In this document: in pieces, positions 18,887 through 28,384 of the stretch
Numbering within the stretch: position 1 is the first letter of the stretch
Layout: each line of letters opens with the position of its first letter
Source: Armatimonadota bacterium
Lineage (GTDB): Bacteria > Armatimonadota > SYMT01
NCBI GenBank assembly: GCA_041690135.1
Contig: JAWLHY010000019.1
Coordinates: 43,639-107,638, forward strand
Length of the DNA: 64,000 nucleotides
Direction: 5' to 3'
Translations under genes and position numbers: made by a program
The notes under the pieces: generated by a model
The model's database searches: none
Told to the model about the DNA's origin: nothing
The model's input: the letters and a program-made list of their open reading frames with translations, nothing else

Positions 18887-20037
18887 CAGCCAGCTCTCGC
18901 ATTTAGCTCAGCCGCCTCCTGGTAGAGGCGGAGGTAGGCTTCGGCGGTGGCGTCGATGGAGAAGCGGCCCACTTCCCGCAGGCAGGCGCCACTCATACGG
19001 GCGCGCAGTTCACGGTCCGAAAGTATCCGGACCAGGGCGCCGGCAAACGGCTCGGGGTCGTCGGGAATGAGGAAGCCGTCCAGCCCGTCAGTGACGACCG
19101 TCGAAGGACCATAGGCGTTTACGGAAACCGCTGGAACGCCCGCAGCTTTAGCCTCGGTGAGCACCAGGCCCTGGGTATCCGTCCTGGATGAGAAGGCGAA
19201 CACGTCCACGGCCGCGTAGACGAGCTCCATCTTCTCCGGCGGCACGAAGCCGGCGAACACGATCCGGTCTCCGGCACCCGTCTCCTGGGCCATCCGGCGC
19301 GCCTCCGCCTCGACGGGTCCTCCGCCCGCGATCAGCAGCCAGGCGTCCGGCATCTCCCGGGCTACGCGCGCGAATCCCGAGAAGAGGAGCCCGAGATTCT
19401 TTTCTTTGGCCAGCCTCCCCGCATAAAGCGCGAGCGGCGCCTCTTCCGGAATTCCGAAGGCCCGACGGGGGAAATCCGGGTCCCGCGGGCGTGGCGGACG
19501 GAGCTTGAGACCCGTGGGGATGACCCGGATGGGGCGTTGTACCCCGTAACTCACCAGTTCCTGGCGGACCGGCTCCGTCGGTACGGCCACCACATCGCAG
19601 GCATTGCAGAAGGTGAGGGAGATCTGCCGGAGAAGGTGACGGAGTGGCGGCTTTGGCAAAAACGGCGCATAGTGGGAATACTCAACGTAGAGGGTGTGAT
19701 AGGTGGTCACCAGGGGGATCCGGCCCTGGCGAGCCCACCTCCGGCCCACCTGTCCCAGGGCGAATGGTGAGTGGGTGTGGACCACGTCGAAGCCGGACTG
19801 GCCGAACTTCCGGCGGAGGCGCGGGGACCACGGAATGGCCAGCGGGTAGTCGCGCTGGTGCGGAAACGCATAGCTGGAGAAGCGATGCGCGGGCCGGAGG
19901 TCCTGATGGCCGGGGAAATGCGGGGCGAACACCTCTACCGAATGCTCCGGTTCGAAGGCATCCACCAGGAGGTCGACCGCCACGGCGACCCCGTTGATGA
20001 CGGGCCGATAGCTTTCCGTAAACTGGGCGATACGCAT
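18886..20037 (-). CDS. Glycosyltransferase family 4 (diacylglycerol glucosyltransferase-like)
   Basis: FTESYRPVINGV, HTHSPF, TYHTLY, GRLAKEKN, DTQGLVLTEA. Confidence 0.9.
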   Translation of the reverse strand: MRIAQFTESYRPVINGVAVAVDLLVDAFEPEHSVEVFAPHFPGHQDLRPAHRFSSYAFPHQRDYPLAIPWSPRLRRKFGQSGFDVVHTHSPFALGQVGRRWARQGRIPLVTTYHTLYVEYSHYAPFLPKPPLRHLLRQISLTFCNACDVVAVPTEPVRQELVSYGVQRPIRVIPTGLKLRPPRPRDPDFPRRAFGIPEEAPLALYAGRLAKEKNLGLLFSGFARVAREMPDAWLLIAGGGPVEAEARRMAQETGAGDRIVFAGFVPPEKMELVYAAVDVFAFSSRTDTQGLVLTEAKAAGVPAVSVNAYGPSTVVTDGLDGFLIPDDPEPFAGALVRILSDRELRARMSGACLREVGRFSIDATAEAYLRLYQEAAELNARAG

Positions 20038-20415
20038 CAGGTCCGTTACGAGGATCTTTAAAGGTTAGCAGTGAACGGGTGTGTGGGAAACCTTCAGCTT
20101 GAGAGCATTCTGCTGCCTTCTTGCTGGGGTAAGTCTAGCCGGGTCCGCAAGTGAGCGCAACTTTGCAGCCTGGCTGGTCTCTTCCTAATTACCGGAATAC
20201 GCTCGTTGCCGCGACTTGAGTTGCGGTGAGGTGTCGTTTCCCCGTTTCCCACAGCGAAGTGGGGAGACCACAGCAGCGCAGGAGGACTGCATCTCGAACC
20301 GATCCCGCTCGAACCGGAAATGAACCGGGCCCGGCTTTCGCTCCCAACGGCGGGGAAAGCTGGCAACCCTGACATCCCGTACAATTTCACAACGACTGTG
20401 TAGGAGATCATCCTG

Positions 20416-22989
20416 ATGGATCAGCAAGCGGTGGGAAGCCCACACATCAGCCGCAACGCACTCGGCTGGCGCTCCCTGCCAACCCGATTGACCCAACTTT
20501 TCACTTCAGCACTGCCCCTCTCCCTACTGGCCCTGGTGTCCCTGGCGACCGCCGTTCCGGCATGGTCCCAGGAAGGTGGCGCGCACGCCACTCCGCACCG
20601 GGGAGGCGAGGCCAGTTTGGTGGTTCCGGAGCTCGGCGACACGCAGGTGGCCAGTTTCTTCGGAATGAGCGGACACCAGTTGCTGATGCTCGGCCTCGTC
20701 GTTTCGGCCCTTGGCATGGCGTTCGGGCTGATGGTGTTCAACCAGCTCAAGAACGCGCCGGTCCACCGGTCCATGCGCGAGATCAGCGAGCTCATCTACG
20801 AGACCTGTAAGACGTACCTGGTCACGCAGTTGAAGTTCATCGGGATCCTGTGGGCCTTTATCGGCGTGATCATGGTGGTGTACTTCCGCTGGTTCCAGGA
20901 ACTAAGCTGGGGCCGCGTAGGCATTATCACTCTCTTCTCGCTGATCGGTATCGCCGGCAGCACCGCCGTCGCCTGGTTCGGCATCCGGGTCAACACCTTC
21001 GCGAACTCCCGCACCTCTTTCGCCGCCCTCTCTGGTAAGCCATTCCCTTGCTACGCCATTCCGCTCAAGGCGGGGATGAGTATCGGCATGCTCCTCATCT
21101 CGGTGGAGTTGATGATCATGCTGGGGATCCTGCTCTTTATTCCGGGAGAGTACGCCGGCCCCTGCTTCATCGGGTTCGCCATTGGCGAGTCTCTGGGGGC
21201 GGCCGCGCTCCGCATCGCGGGTGGTATCTTCACCAAGATCGCGGACATCGGCGCGGACCTGATGAAGATCGTGTTCGGCATTAAGGAAGATGATGCCCGG
21301 AACCCCGGCGTGATCGCGGACTGCACCGGCGACAACGCGGGCGACTCCGTGGGGCCGAGCGCGGATGGCTTTGAGACCTATGGGGTTACGGGCGTTGCGC
21401 TGATCTCCTTTATCCTGCTGGCGGTAACGATCGCCGCCGTGCAGATCGAATTGCTGGTGTGGATCTTCATGATCCGCATCGTGATGGTGGTCGCCAGTGG
21501 CGTGGCCTACTTCATCAACGACGCCATCGCGCGGGCGAAGTATGGTAACGCGGACTCCTTCAACTACGAGCATCCGCTGACCACGCTGGTGTGGCTCACC
21601 TCGATTCTCTCGATCGCGCTCACGTTCGTGGTGTCTTACCTCCTCATTCCGAACATCGGCGGCGACCCCAGCCTCTGGTGGAAGCTGTCCGTGGTGATCA
21701 CCTGCGGCACCCTGGCGGGCGCGGTGATCCCCGAGCTCGTTAAGGTCTTCACTTCCACCGAGTCCGGGCATGTCCGAGAGGTGGTCTCCTCTTCGCGGGA
21801 GGGCGGAGCGTCCCTGAATATCCTTTCCGGGCTTACGGCGGGGAACTTCAGCGCCTACTGGATGGGGATTATTCTCATTCTGCTGATGGGCACGGCCTGG
21901 CAGGTCAGCACGGCCGGCGTCGGCGCGCTGATGACCATCAACGGCTTCGACGCCTCCCCGGTGTTCGCGTTCGGGCTGGTGGCCTTCGGCTTCCTGGGAA
22001 TGGGGCCGGTCACCATCGCCGTGGACTCCTACGGTCCGGTCACGGACAACGCCCAATCCGTCTATGAGCTCTCCATGATCGAAGCGATTCCCGGCGTCAA
22101 GGAGGAGATTCAACGCGAGCACGGCTTTGCGGTTAACTTCGAGCGCGCCAAGCACAACCTGGAAGAGAACGACGGTGCGGGGAACACGTTCAAAGCCACG
22201 GCCAAGCCGGTGCTCATCGGCACTGCCGTGGTGGGCGCCACCACGCTGATCTTCTCGATCATCGTGCTGCTTACCAACGGTCTGGAACCGGAGCGCATCA
22301 GCTACCTCTCGGTGTTGCACCCGCCGTTCCTGCTCGGCCTCATCGCCGGCGGCGCGGTCATCTACTGGTTCACCGGGGCCTCCACCCAGGCGGTGGTTAC
22401 CGGCGCCTACCGGGCGGTCGAGTTCATCAAGGCGAATATCCGGCTGGAGAACACAGAGCGCGCCTCGATCTCGGACAGCAAGAAGGTGGTGGAAATCTGC
22501 ACGAAGTACGCGCAGCTCGGGATGTTCAACATCTTCCTTACCATCTTCTTCGCGACCCTGGCCTTCGCTAGCCTCGAGTCATTCTTCTTCATCGGGTATC
22601 TGATCGGGATCGCGCTCTTCGGCCTGTTCCAGGCGCTGTTCATGGCCAACGCCGGCGGCGCGTGGGATAACGCCAAGAAGATCGTGGAAGTGGAGCTCAA
22701 AGAGAAGGGTACGGACCTCCATGCGGCCACCGTGGTCGGCGACACCGTGGGTGACCCGTTCAAGGACACCTCCTCGGTCGCCATGAACCCGGTGATCAAG
22801 TTCACCACCCTCTTCGGCCTCCTGGCCGTGGAGTTGGCGGAGAACCTGCCCACCGGAGTGCGGCTTACTGCGGCCTTGATCCTGTTCATCCTGGCATCGG
22901 TCTTCGTTTACCGTTCATTCTACGGAATGCGGATCAACGTCGCGGCCAAAGCCAAGAGTGTGCCGGCCAAGGAGCGGGTCCGCGCCTAA
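20416..22989 (+). CDS. hppA: Membrane-bound ion-translocating pyrophosphatase, K+-independent type
   Basis: GGIFTKIADIGADL, EDDARNP.VIAD..GDN.GD, DSYGPVTDNA, GNTFKA, GGAWDNAKK, GDTVGDPFKD; AGGAG RBS. Confidence 0.95.
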   Translation: MDQQAVGSPHISRNALGWRSLPTRLTQLFTSALPLSLLALVSLATAVPAWSQEGGAHATPHRGGEASLVVPELGDTQVASFFGMSGHQLLMLGLVVSALGMAFGLMVFNQLKNAPVHRSMREISELIYETCKTYLVTQLKFIGILWAFIGVIMVVYFRWFQELSWGRVGIITLFSLIGIAGSTAVAWFGIRVNTFANSRTSFAALSGKPFPCYAIPLKAGMSIGMLLISVELMIMLGILLFIPGEYAGPCFIGFAIGESLGAAALRIAGGIFTKIADIGADLMKIVFGIKEDDARNPGVIADCTGDNAGDSVGPSADGFETYGVTGVALISFILLAVTIAAVQIELLVWIFMIRIVMVVASGVAYFINDAIARAKYGNADSFNYEHPLTTLVWLTSILSIALTFVVSYLLIPNIGGDPSLWWKLSVVITCGTLAGAVIPELVKVFTSTESGHVREVVSSSREGGASLNILSGLTAGNFSAYWMGIILILLMGTAWQVSTAGVGALMTINGFDASPVFAFGLVAFGFLGMGPVTIAVDSYGPVTDNAQSVYELSMIEAIPGVKEEIQREHGFAVNFERAKHNLEENDGAGNTFKATAKPVLIGTAVVGATTLIFSIIVLLTNGLEPERISYLSVLHPPFLLGLIAGGAVIYWFTGASTQAVVTGAYRAVEFIKANIRLENTERASISDSKKVVEICTKYAQLGMFNIFLTIFFATLAFASLESFFFIGYLIGIALFGLFQALFMANAGGAWDNAKKIVEVELKEKGTDLHAATVVGDTVGDPFKDTSSVAMNPVIKFTTLFGLLAVELAENLPTGVRLTAALILFILASVFVYRSFYGMRINVAAKAKSVPAKERVRA

Positions 22990-23002
22990 CGGTGTCTCCA
23001 GA

Positions 23003-23210
23003 TTCTCCCATTCGGTTACCGCGGCTGCTGCCGTTGGGCAAACCGAATGGGAGAACGGGGCCGATTTCCCACAGCTGCAGCCGATTAGGTTGCTGAATGG
23101 GAGAAGAGAAGAATGGGAGCAACGTGGCCGAAAGCTCCCGTTCCCCCATTCATCCGTTCCTCCATACTCCCATTCATTCGTTCCCTCTTCGCCTCATTCG
23201 CCCCATTCGC
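23003..23210. repeat. 15-bp inverted repeat plus opposed GAATGGGA / TCCCATTC repeat arrays between hppA and hom
   Basis: ttctcccattcggtt (23003-17) pairs with aaccgaatgggagaa (23041-55); purine copies at 23095-23120, pyrimidine copies at 23140-23210. Confidence 0.7.
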
Positions 23211-23336
23211 GGATCGTCCGTCCCCTTGCCTGGTTTGACTTGCCCCTTAGGCGAGGATATAATAGCCGCGCTTCCGGGTAGGACATCCTCCCGGCCTTTT
23301 CGGGCCTATTTCGGCTCGCGTCACCACCTCTTTCCT

Positions 23337-24632
23337 ATGCCGCATCAGCCACGGACTATCTCGCTTGGAATCCTCGGCTGCGGGGTCGTCGGCACCGGCA
23401 CCATCCGGACCCTGCAGGAAAACGCCGCCGCCATTGAGCGGCAGCTCGGCGCCCGGATCGTTGTCAAGAAAGTGGCCGTCCGCGACCTCGACAAGCCGCG
23501 TGACGTGGACCTGCCTCGCGAGTTGTTTACGACCGATGCCTCCGCGGTTATCGACGACCCGGAAATCGACGTCGTCGCGGAGCTGATCGGCGGTATCCTG
23601 CCCGCGAGCGACTACATCCTGCGCTCCCTGCGCAACGGCAAGCACGTCGTTACCGCCAATAAGGAGCTCATCGCCAAAGGCGGGCACAACCTGTTGGTGG
23701 AAGCGGCGGAACGCAACCTGGACCTCTTCTTCGAAGGCAGCGTCGCGGGCGGCATACCGATCATCCGGGCGCTCAAGGTTTCGCTCGCCGCCAACCGCAT
23801 CCAGGAGGTGATGGGGATCGTCAACGGCACGACGAACTACATCCTCACCCAGATGGCGCAGAACGGCCTCGATTTCGGCGTGGCGCTGGCCGAGGCCCAG
23901 GCGAAGGGCTATGCGGAGGCGGACCCGACCGACGACGTGGACGGTCACGACGCAGCCTACAAGCTGACGATCCTCGCCAGCATCGCGTTCCAGAGCCAGG
24001 TGCCCCTCGAGAAGGTGTTCCGTGAGGGCATTCGCGGCGTTTCCGACCGGGACATCGCCTATGCCCGGAACCTGGGGTATGTCATCAAGCTGGTCGCCGT
24101 AGCCCGCGAGCGTGCGGAAGGCCTGGAACTGCGCGTCCACCCCACTATGCTCCCCCTCTCCCACCCGCTGGCCTCGGTGAACGACGTGTTCAACGCGGTT
24201 CATGTCACCGGCAATGCCGTAGGCGGGACGATGTTCTACGGGCGCGGCGCCGGCTCCATGCCGACCGGCAGTTCCGTGGCAGCGGATATCCTGGAAGTCG
24301 CGCGGGGCATGGTCTTCGGCGGCTCCGGGCGGGTCGGCTGCACGTGCTTCTACGAAAAGCCGATCCTGCCGATCGAACAGGTCGAGACGAACTACTACGT
24401 CCGCACCGAAACCGAAGACAAACCCGGGGTCATCGCGGCCATCGGCACCGTGTTCGGCAACCATGGCGTGTCCCTGGAATCCGTGCTCCAAAAGCAGGGG
24501 GACGGGGATTTTGCCGAGATCGTGTGGATTACGCACCGCACGAACGAAGGCAACATGCGCGCGGCTCTGCAAGAGATCGAAGCGCTGCCCGTCGTGCGGA
24601 GAATTGCCAACTGGATCCGCGTCGAAGAATAG
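23337..24632 (+). CDS. hom: Homoserine dehydrogenase with C-terminal ACT domain
   Basis: GCGVVG, VVTANK, FEGSVAGGIP, NGTTNYIL, GYAEADP, GRGAG..PT, DKPGVIA; ATG 23337. Confidence 0.96.
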   Translation: MPHQPRTISLGILGCGVVGTGTIRTLQENAAAIERQLGARIVVKKVAVRDLDKPRDVDLPRELFTTDASAVIDDPEIDVVAELIGGILPASDYILRSLRNGKHVVTANKELIAKGGHNLLVEAAERNLDLFFEGSVAGGIPIIRALKVSLAANRIQEVMGIVNGTTNYILTQMAQNGLDFGVALAEAQAKGYAEADPTDDVDGHDAAYKLTILASIAFQSQVPLEKVFREGIRGVSDRDIAYARNLGYVIKLVAVARERAEGLELRVHPTMLPLSHPLASVNDVFNAVHVTGNAVGGTMFYGRGAGSMPTGSSVAADILEVARGMVFGGSGRVGCTCFYEKPILPIEQVETNYYVRTETEDKPGVIAAIGTVFGNHGVSLESVLQKQGDGDFAEIVWITHRTNEGNMRAALQEIEALPVVRRIANWIRVEE

Positions 24633-24665
24633 CGATCCGCTACTGCTCCACCCATCAAAACAACC

Positions 24666-25571
24666 ATGAGCGACGTCATCCTCTCCACCCAGATTGCGGG
24701 CCTCAAGCCCTTCATCACCGGCAAGGTCCGCGACGTGTACGACCTGGACGACCACCTGCTGATCGTCACCACCGACCGGATTTCCGCATTCGACTCGGTG
24801 CTGCCGACGGGGATCCCCGACAAGGGGCGCGTTTTGAACCAGCTCTCCGCCTTCTGGTTCGAGTTCATCCGCGACTTCTGCCCGAGCCACCTGGTCTCGA
24901 TCGATGACGACGAGATTCTGGAGCGGGTCCGCGCCGCGGGCGGAGATCCGGTCCCGGCGGAAATCGCAGGTCGGTCGATGCTGGTGCGCAAGACGCAGGC
25001 GCTTCCGGTGGAGTGCGTCGTGCGTGGTTACCTGGAAGGCAGTGGCTGGAAGGAATACCAGAAGAAGCAGTCGGTCTGCGGCATCGCGCTTCCCGAAGGG
25101 CTTCAGCAGGGCTCGCGCCTGCCGGAGCCGATCTTCACCCCCTCCACCAAGGCGCACACGGGCCACGACGTGAACATCACCCACGAGGAGATGTCGAAGA
25201 TCGTGCCCCAGGAGCAGATGGACCAGCTCATCCGCCTGAGCCTGGAAGTCTACACCCGGGCCGCGGCCTATGCCCAGGAGCGCGGAATTATCATCGCCGA
25301 CACCAAGTTCGAGTTCGGGGTCCTGGACGGCCAGATCGTGATGATCGACGAATGCCTGACGCCCGACTCGTCCCGGTTCTGGGATGCGGAGAAGTGGCAG
25401 CCGGGCGGTCCGCAGCCCAGTTTCGACAAGCAGTTTGTCCGCGACTACCTGGACGCCATCGGCTGGAACCACGAGCCGCCCGCTCCGCCGCTTTCCGTGG
25501 ACGTGGCCGCCAACACCGCGGAGAAGTACCGGGAGATCTTCCGCCGGCTCTCCGGCCGTGCCCTCGCCTGA
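24666..25571 (+). CDS. purC: SAICAR synthetase
   Basis: GKVRDVY, TDRISAFD, ECVVRGYL.GSGW, ADTKFEFG, DECLTPDSSRFW, SFDKQFVRD. Confidence 0.97.
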   Translation: MSDVILSTQIAGLKPFITGKVRDVYDLDDHLLIVTTDRISAFDSVLPTGIPDKGRVLNQLSAFWFEFIRDFCPSHLVSIDDDEILERVRAAGGDPVPAEIAGRSMLVRKTQALPVECVVRGYLEGSGWKEYQKKQSVCGIALPEGLQQGSRLPEPIFTPSTKAHTGHDVNITHEEMSKIVPQEQMDQLIRLSLEVYTRAAAYAQERGIIIADTKFEFGVLDGQIVMIDECLTPDSSRFWDAEKWQPGGPQPSFDKQFVRDYLDAIGWNHEPPAPPLSVDVAANTAEKYREIFRRLSGRALA

Positions 25572-25581
25572 TTTGGCTTTT

Positions 25582-25634
25582 CACCACAGAGATCGCCCAC
25601 AGGGCACCCGAGACACGGAGAAGGTCACGGAGAG
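25582..25634. repeat. Degenerate CAC(A/G)GAGA tandem repeat after purC
   Basis: caccacagaga...cacaggg cacccgaga cacggaga...cacggaga. Confidence 0.55.
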
Positions 25635-25701
25635 CGTTTGAGGGATGGCGCCGGCAGACAGAGCGGGTGCACTTTCCAAGAACCTCACCTAAACATCTTG
25701 G

Positions 25702-25736
25702 AGAGGCGCACCCGGTTCAAGGGTGCGCCTCTTTTT
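25702..25736 (+). terminator. Intrinsic terminator after hom-purC
   Basis: agaggcgcaccc-ggttcaa-gggtgcgcctct followed by tttt. Confidence 0.85.
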
Positions 25737-25826
25737 GCACCTGGCATGATACCGGTAAGTAAGCCGGGATTTGTACTTGAAGTAGTACAGTTCGAAACCC
25801 TTTCGTTTTGGTGAGGCAAGTGGGCG

Positions 25827-27023
25827 ATGAAGTATGTGATGGTGATATTGGATGGGGCGGTGGACCGTCCGATCAAGGAGCTGGGCCAGAAGACGCCGTT
25901 GATGGTCGCTACCGGTGACAACCTCAAGGCGCTGACCCGCAAGGCGCGGATCGGGGCAGTGCAAACGCTGCGGCCGGACTGGACCGGCGATCCCGAGGCT
26001 GCATTGATGGCGCTGTTCGGTTACGATCCCAAGGAGCACTTCACCGGGCGGGGGCCGCTCGAAGCAGCTTCGATGGAGATCGCGCTCGACCGGAACGACG
26101 TCGCCTTCTCCGCTAACTTTGTCCACACCGACGGCACGACGCTGTTGGACCCCACGGCCGGTAAGTTACCCAAGAACGCCGGTCGCGAGCTTCTGCGGCA
26201 TGTCGAAGAGACGCTCCGGGTGCGAAGTATGCAGTTCTTCCCCGGCGCGGGATACCGCCATGTCATGGTCTGGCGGGATGGTCCCGATGGCGTTGCCTGC
26301 ACCACGCCCTATGCGGCGCAGGGGCGCCCCCTTCGGGAGGTATTCCCCACCGGGGACCGGGCCGAGCGGTTGATTTCCGTTATGTGGGACACGGCGGAGG
26401 TACTTGCCGACCACACGCTCAACAAGCGCCGGCGAGATGAAGGGAAGCCGACCGCCGACATGTTGTGGCCCTGGGCGCCGGGCCGCCGGCCCAACCTGCA
26501 GGGATTCGGGTTCCGGCACGGGCTGGGTGGCGCGTGCATTGCCGGCACGGAGATGGTGAAGGGCCTGGCGCGCCTTTCGGGCCTGCGGGTGCTGGACGTG
26601 CCGGGCGCCACCGGCTCATTGGACACCGATTACGCGATGAAGGCGAAGGCGACACTTACGGCGCTCCACGAGTTCGACTTCTGTCTCGTCCACATCGAAG
26701 CGCCCAACGAGGCCAGCCTGGCGGGAGACCTGGAGGCCAAGGTGGATGCACTTAAACGCGTCGACGAACGGTACTTCGGTACACTGCTGGATCGCATCGG
26801 CCAGCTCGACAACTTTCGGATCATGGTCGTGCCGGACCACCCTACCTACGTGGAAGAGCGGTCGACCGGGCTGGACTGGGTCCCGTTCATGATCGCGGGG
26901 AACACGGAGAAGCCCCAGGTTCGGAACATCCTTCCGTTCGACGAACGTGCCGTGGAAGACGCGGAATGGCGTATCGATGAAGGGTGGCGGTTGTTGGACC
27001 AGTTGTTTGACCCGGTTCCGTAG
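25827..27023 (+). CDS. ApgM-like (archaeal-type cofactor-independent phosphoglycerate mutase) homologue with degenerate active site
   Basis: ILDGAVD.P...LG.KTPL, GYDP...TGRGPLEAAS, GATGSLDTDY, HIEAP.EA, PDHPT. Confidence 0.85.
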   Translation: MKYVMVILDGAVDRPIKELGQKTPLMVATGDNLKALTRKARIGAVQTLRPDWTGDPEAALMALFGYDPKEHFTGRGPLEAASMEIALDRNDVAFSANFVHTDGTTLLDPTAGKLPKNAGRELLRHVEETLRVRSMQFFPGAGYRHVMVWRDGPDGVACTTPYAAQGRPLREVFPTGDRAERLISVMWDTAEVLADHTLNKRRRDEGKPTADMLWPWAPGRRPNLQGFGFRHGLGGACIAGTEMVKGLARLSGLRVLDVPGATGSLDTDYAMKAKATLTALHEFDFCLVHIEAPNEASLAGDLEAKVDALKRVDERYFGTLLDRIGQLDNFRIMVVPDHPTYVEERSTGLDWVPFMIAGNTEKPQVRNILPFDERAVEDAEWRIDEGWRLLDQLFDPVP

Positions 27024-27029
27024 TACACA

Positions 27030-27063
27030 AGAAAGGCGCGATGGACCTCCATCGCGCCTTTCT
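27030..27063. terminator. Bidirectional terminator between convergent genes
   Basis: agaaaggcgcgatgg-acct-ccatcgcgcctttct, a 15-bp stem. Confidence 0.85.
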
Positions 27064-27093
27064 CCCTAGAATCAACTCCAGGCTATCCGCAGA

Positions 27094-27855
27094 TCAGTCC
27101 CAGTAACCGGTGGACGGGTTGGGGCCCACGATGCCGTCGGAGTTGTAGTCGAGGCCAGCCATGGGCGGGGCCATCGCCTCGCTGGCGGGCACGAGGGCCG
27201 TGTTAGTCACGAGTTGGTGACGCATCCACTTGGCATGCCCGTCCGCAAAGCCGTAGTTGGCGCCCTCGTTGTGCCGGCGCGCATTGATTCGGCCTCCGTT
27301 TTCTCCCGTCCATCCGCCGGTGCGGGTCTGCGGCTCATCCGCTGGGAAGCTGAGCCGGCGGCCATCGTGCCGCGCGCCGGTGCTTCCCGTCGGGATGATG
27401 AAGGCCAGCGCCTGGTTCACGTCGTTGATGCCGTTGGCGTCCGCAAACACCGGGGTCTGAACTGGCAGCGGGATCTGAGCCATGATGCGTCCGCTGCTGC
27501 CCAGGGGAAAGTTGTAGGCGTAGCCCTGAGCGGCCTGCAGACTGGGGCACCGCAGGATCTGGACGTTCTTGACGTAGGGCTGGATCAGGCGGTTCCAGGG
27601 GAAGGCCCGTCCCCCCGAGCCACCGTCGTGCGAGTAAGGGATCACTGTTTCGTCGTAATCCTGGGTGTACATCTGCCAGCCGGTGGTGAGCTGCTTGACG
27701 TTGTTCATACAGGCGGACTGCCGGGCCGACTCGCGGGCCTTAGCGAAAACGGGGAACAGGATCGCGGCGAGGATGGCGATAATGGCGATCACTACGAGCA
27801 GTTCAATCAGGGTGAAGCCGCGGCGGGAAGCCGGGGAGGTGCGCAAAGCGGTCAT
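27094..27855 (-). CDS. Prepilin-type N-terminal cleavage/methylation protein (DUF1559, H-X9-DG)
   Basis: [35 protein letters not shown]...C..N.KQ; [17 protein letters not shown]. Confidence 0.92.
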   Translation of the reverse strand: MTALRTSPASRRGFTLIELLVVIAIIAILAAILFPVFAKARESARQSACMNNVKQLTTGWQMYTQDYDETVIPYSHDGGSGGRAFPWNRLIQPYVKNVQILRCPSLQAAQGYAYNFPLGSSGRIMAQIPLPVQTPVFADANGINDVNQALAFIIPTGSTGARHDGRRLSFPADEPQTRTGGWTGENGGRINARRHNEGANYGFADGHAKWMRHQLVTNTALVPASEAMAPPMAGLDYNSDGIVGPNPSTGYWD

Positions 27856-28082
27856 TCTTCTCTCTTCGGTGAGCGAGCGCACCCGTCCGGGTGCGGTTGA
27901 AATAGGGGCCCCGAGGTATCCCTTGCCAGCGGGCTCGCAATAAGGACGATGGTGGGGACAGATCGGAGCAGGCGGTGTCCAATTCTTAAGGACGGATTGC
28001 GGTCAAAAGAGTTCACTTGTCCACGGTTGGACTTCAGCGAAGCGGCTGTGGGGGAATGATTGAGGTGGGGAAGCAGAAATGC

Positions 28083-28114
28083 AAAACGGAGCCCCGGAAG
28101 GCTCCGGAGCTCCG
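28083..28114 (-). terminator. Intrinsic terminator (minus strand)
   Basis: cggagccccgga-aggc-tccggagctccg hairpin followed on the minus strand by TTTTGCATTT. Confidence 0.7.
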
Positions 28115-28144
28115 ATATACGTAAAGGCACACTTCGACCGGGTT

Positions 28145-28354
28145 CTACTCCGTGCTATGCACCTGCGGAGTATCGCCGCCGGAGGAGCCCTGGGAGTTGT
28201 CGGCCGGCAGTTCATTTTGCAACTGAGTTGCCGGAACGTCCGCACTTACGGGTGGAGGTGCTTGCTGTCCGCCCTTCATTGCGCCGTAACCGACGCCGCC
28301 CAGGATCAGCAAACCGGCAACGATGGCCACGATCAGTGTCTTTCGGTCTTCCAT
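28145..28354 (-). CDS. Small single-TM protein co-transcribed with the prepilin gene
   Basis: GGAGGA RBS; MEDRKTLIVAIVAGLLILGGVGYG plus a low-complexity tail; begins 30 nt after the upstream stop. Confidence 0.75.
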   Translation of the reverse strand: MEDRKTLIVAIVAGLLILGGVGYGAMKGGQQAPPPVSADVPATQLQNELPADNSQGSSGGDTPQVHSTE

Positions 28355-28384
28355 TGGGTTTCCTCCAGTCTTCCCGGCGTTACG

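Noticed and set aside
23097-23336. 80-aa N-terminal extension of Hom in the ORF track
   Set aside because: It is a translation of the intergenic repeat arrays; family homology begins at Met 23337.
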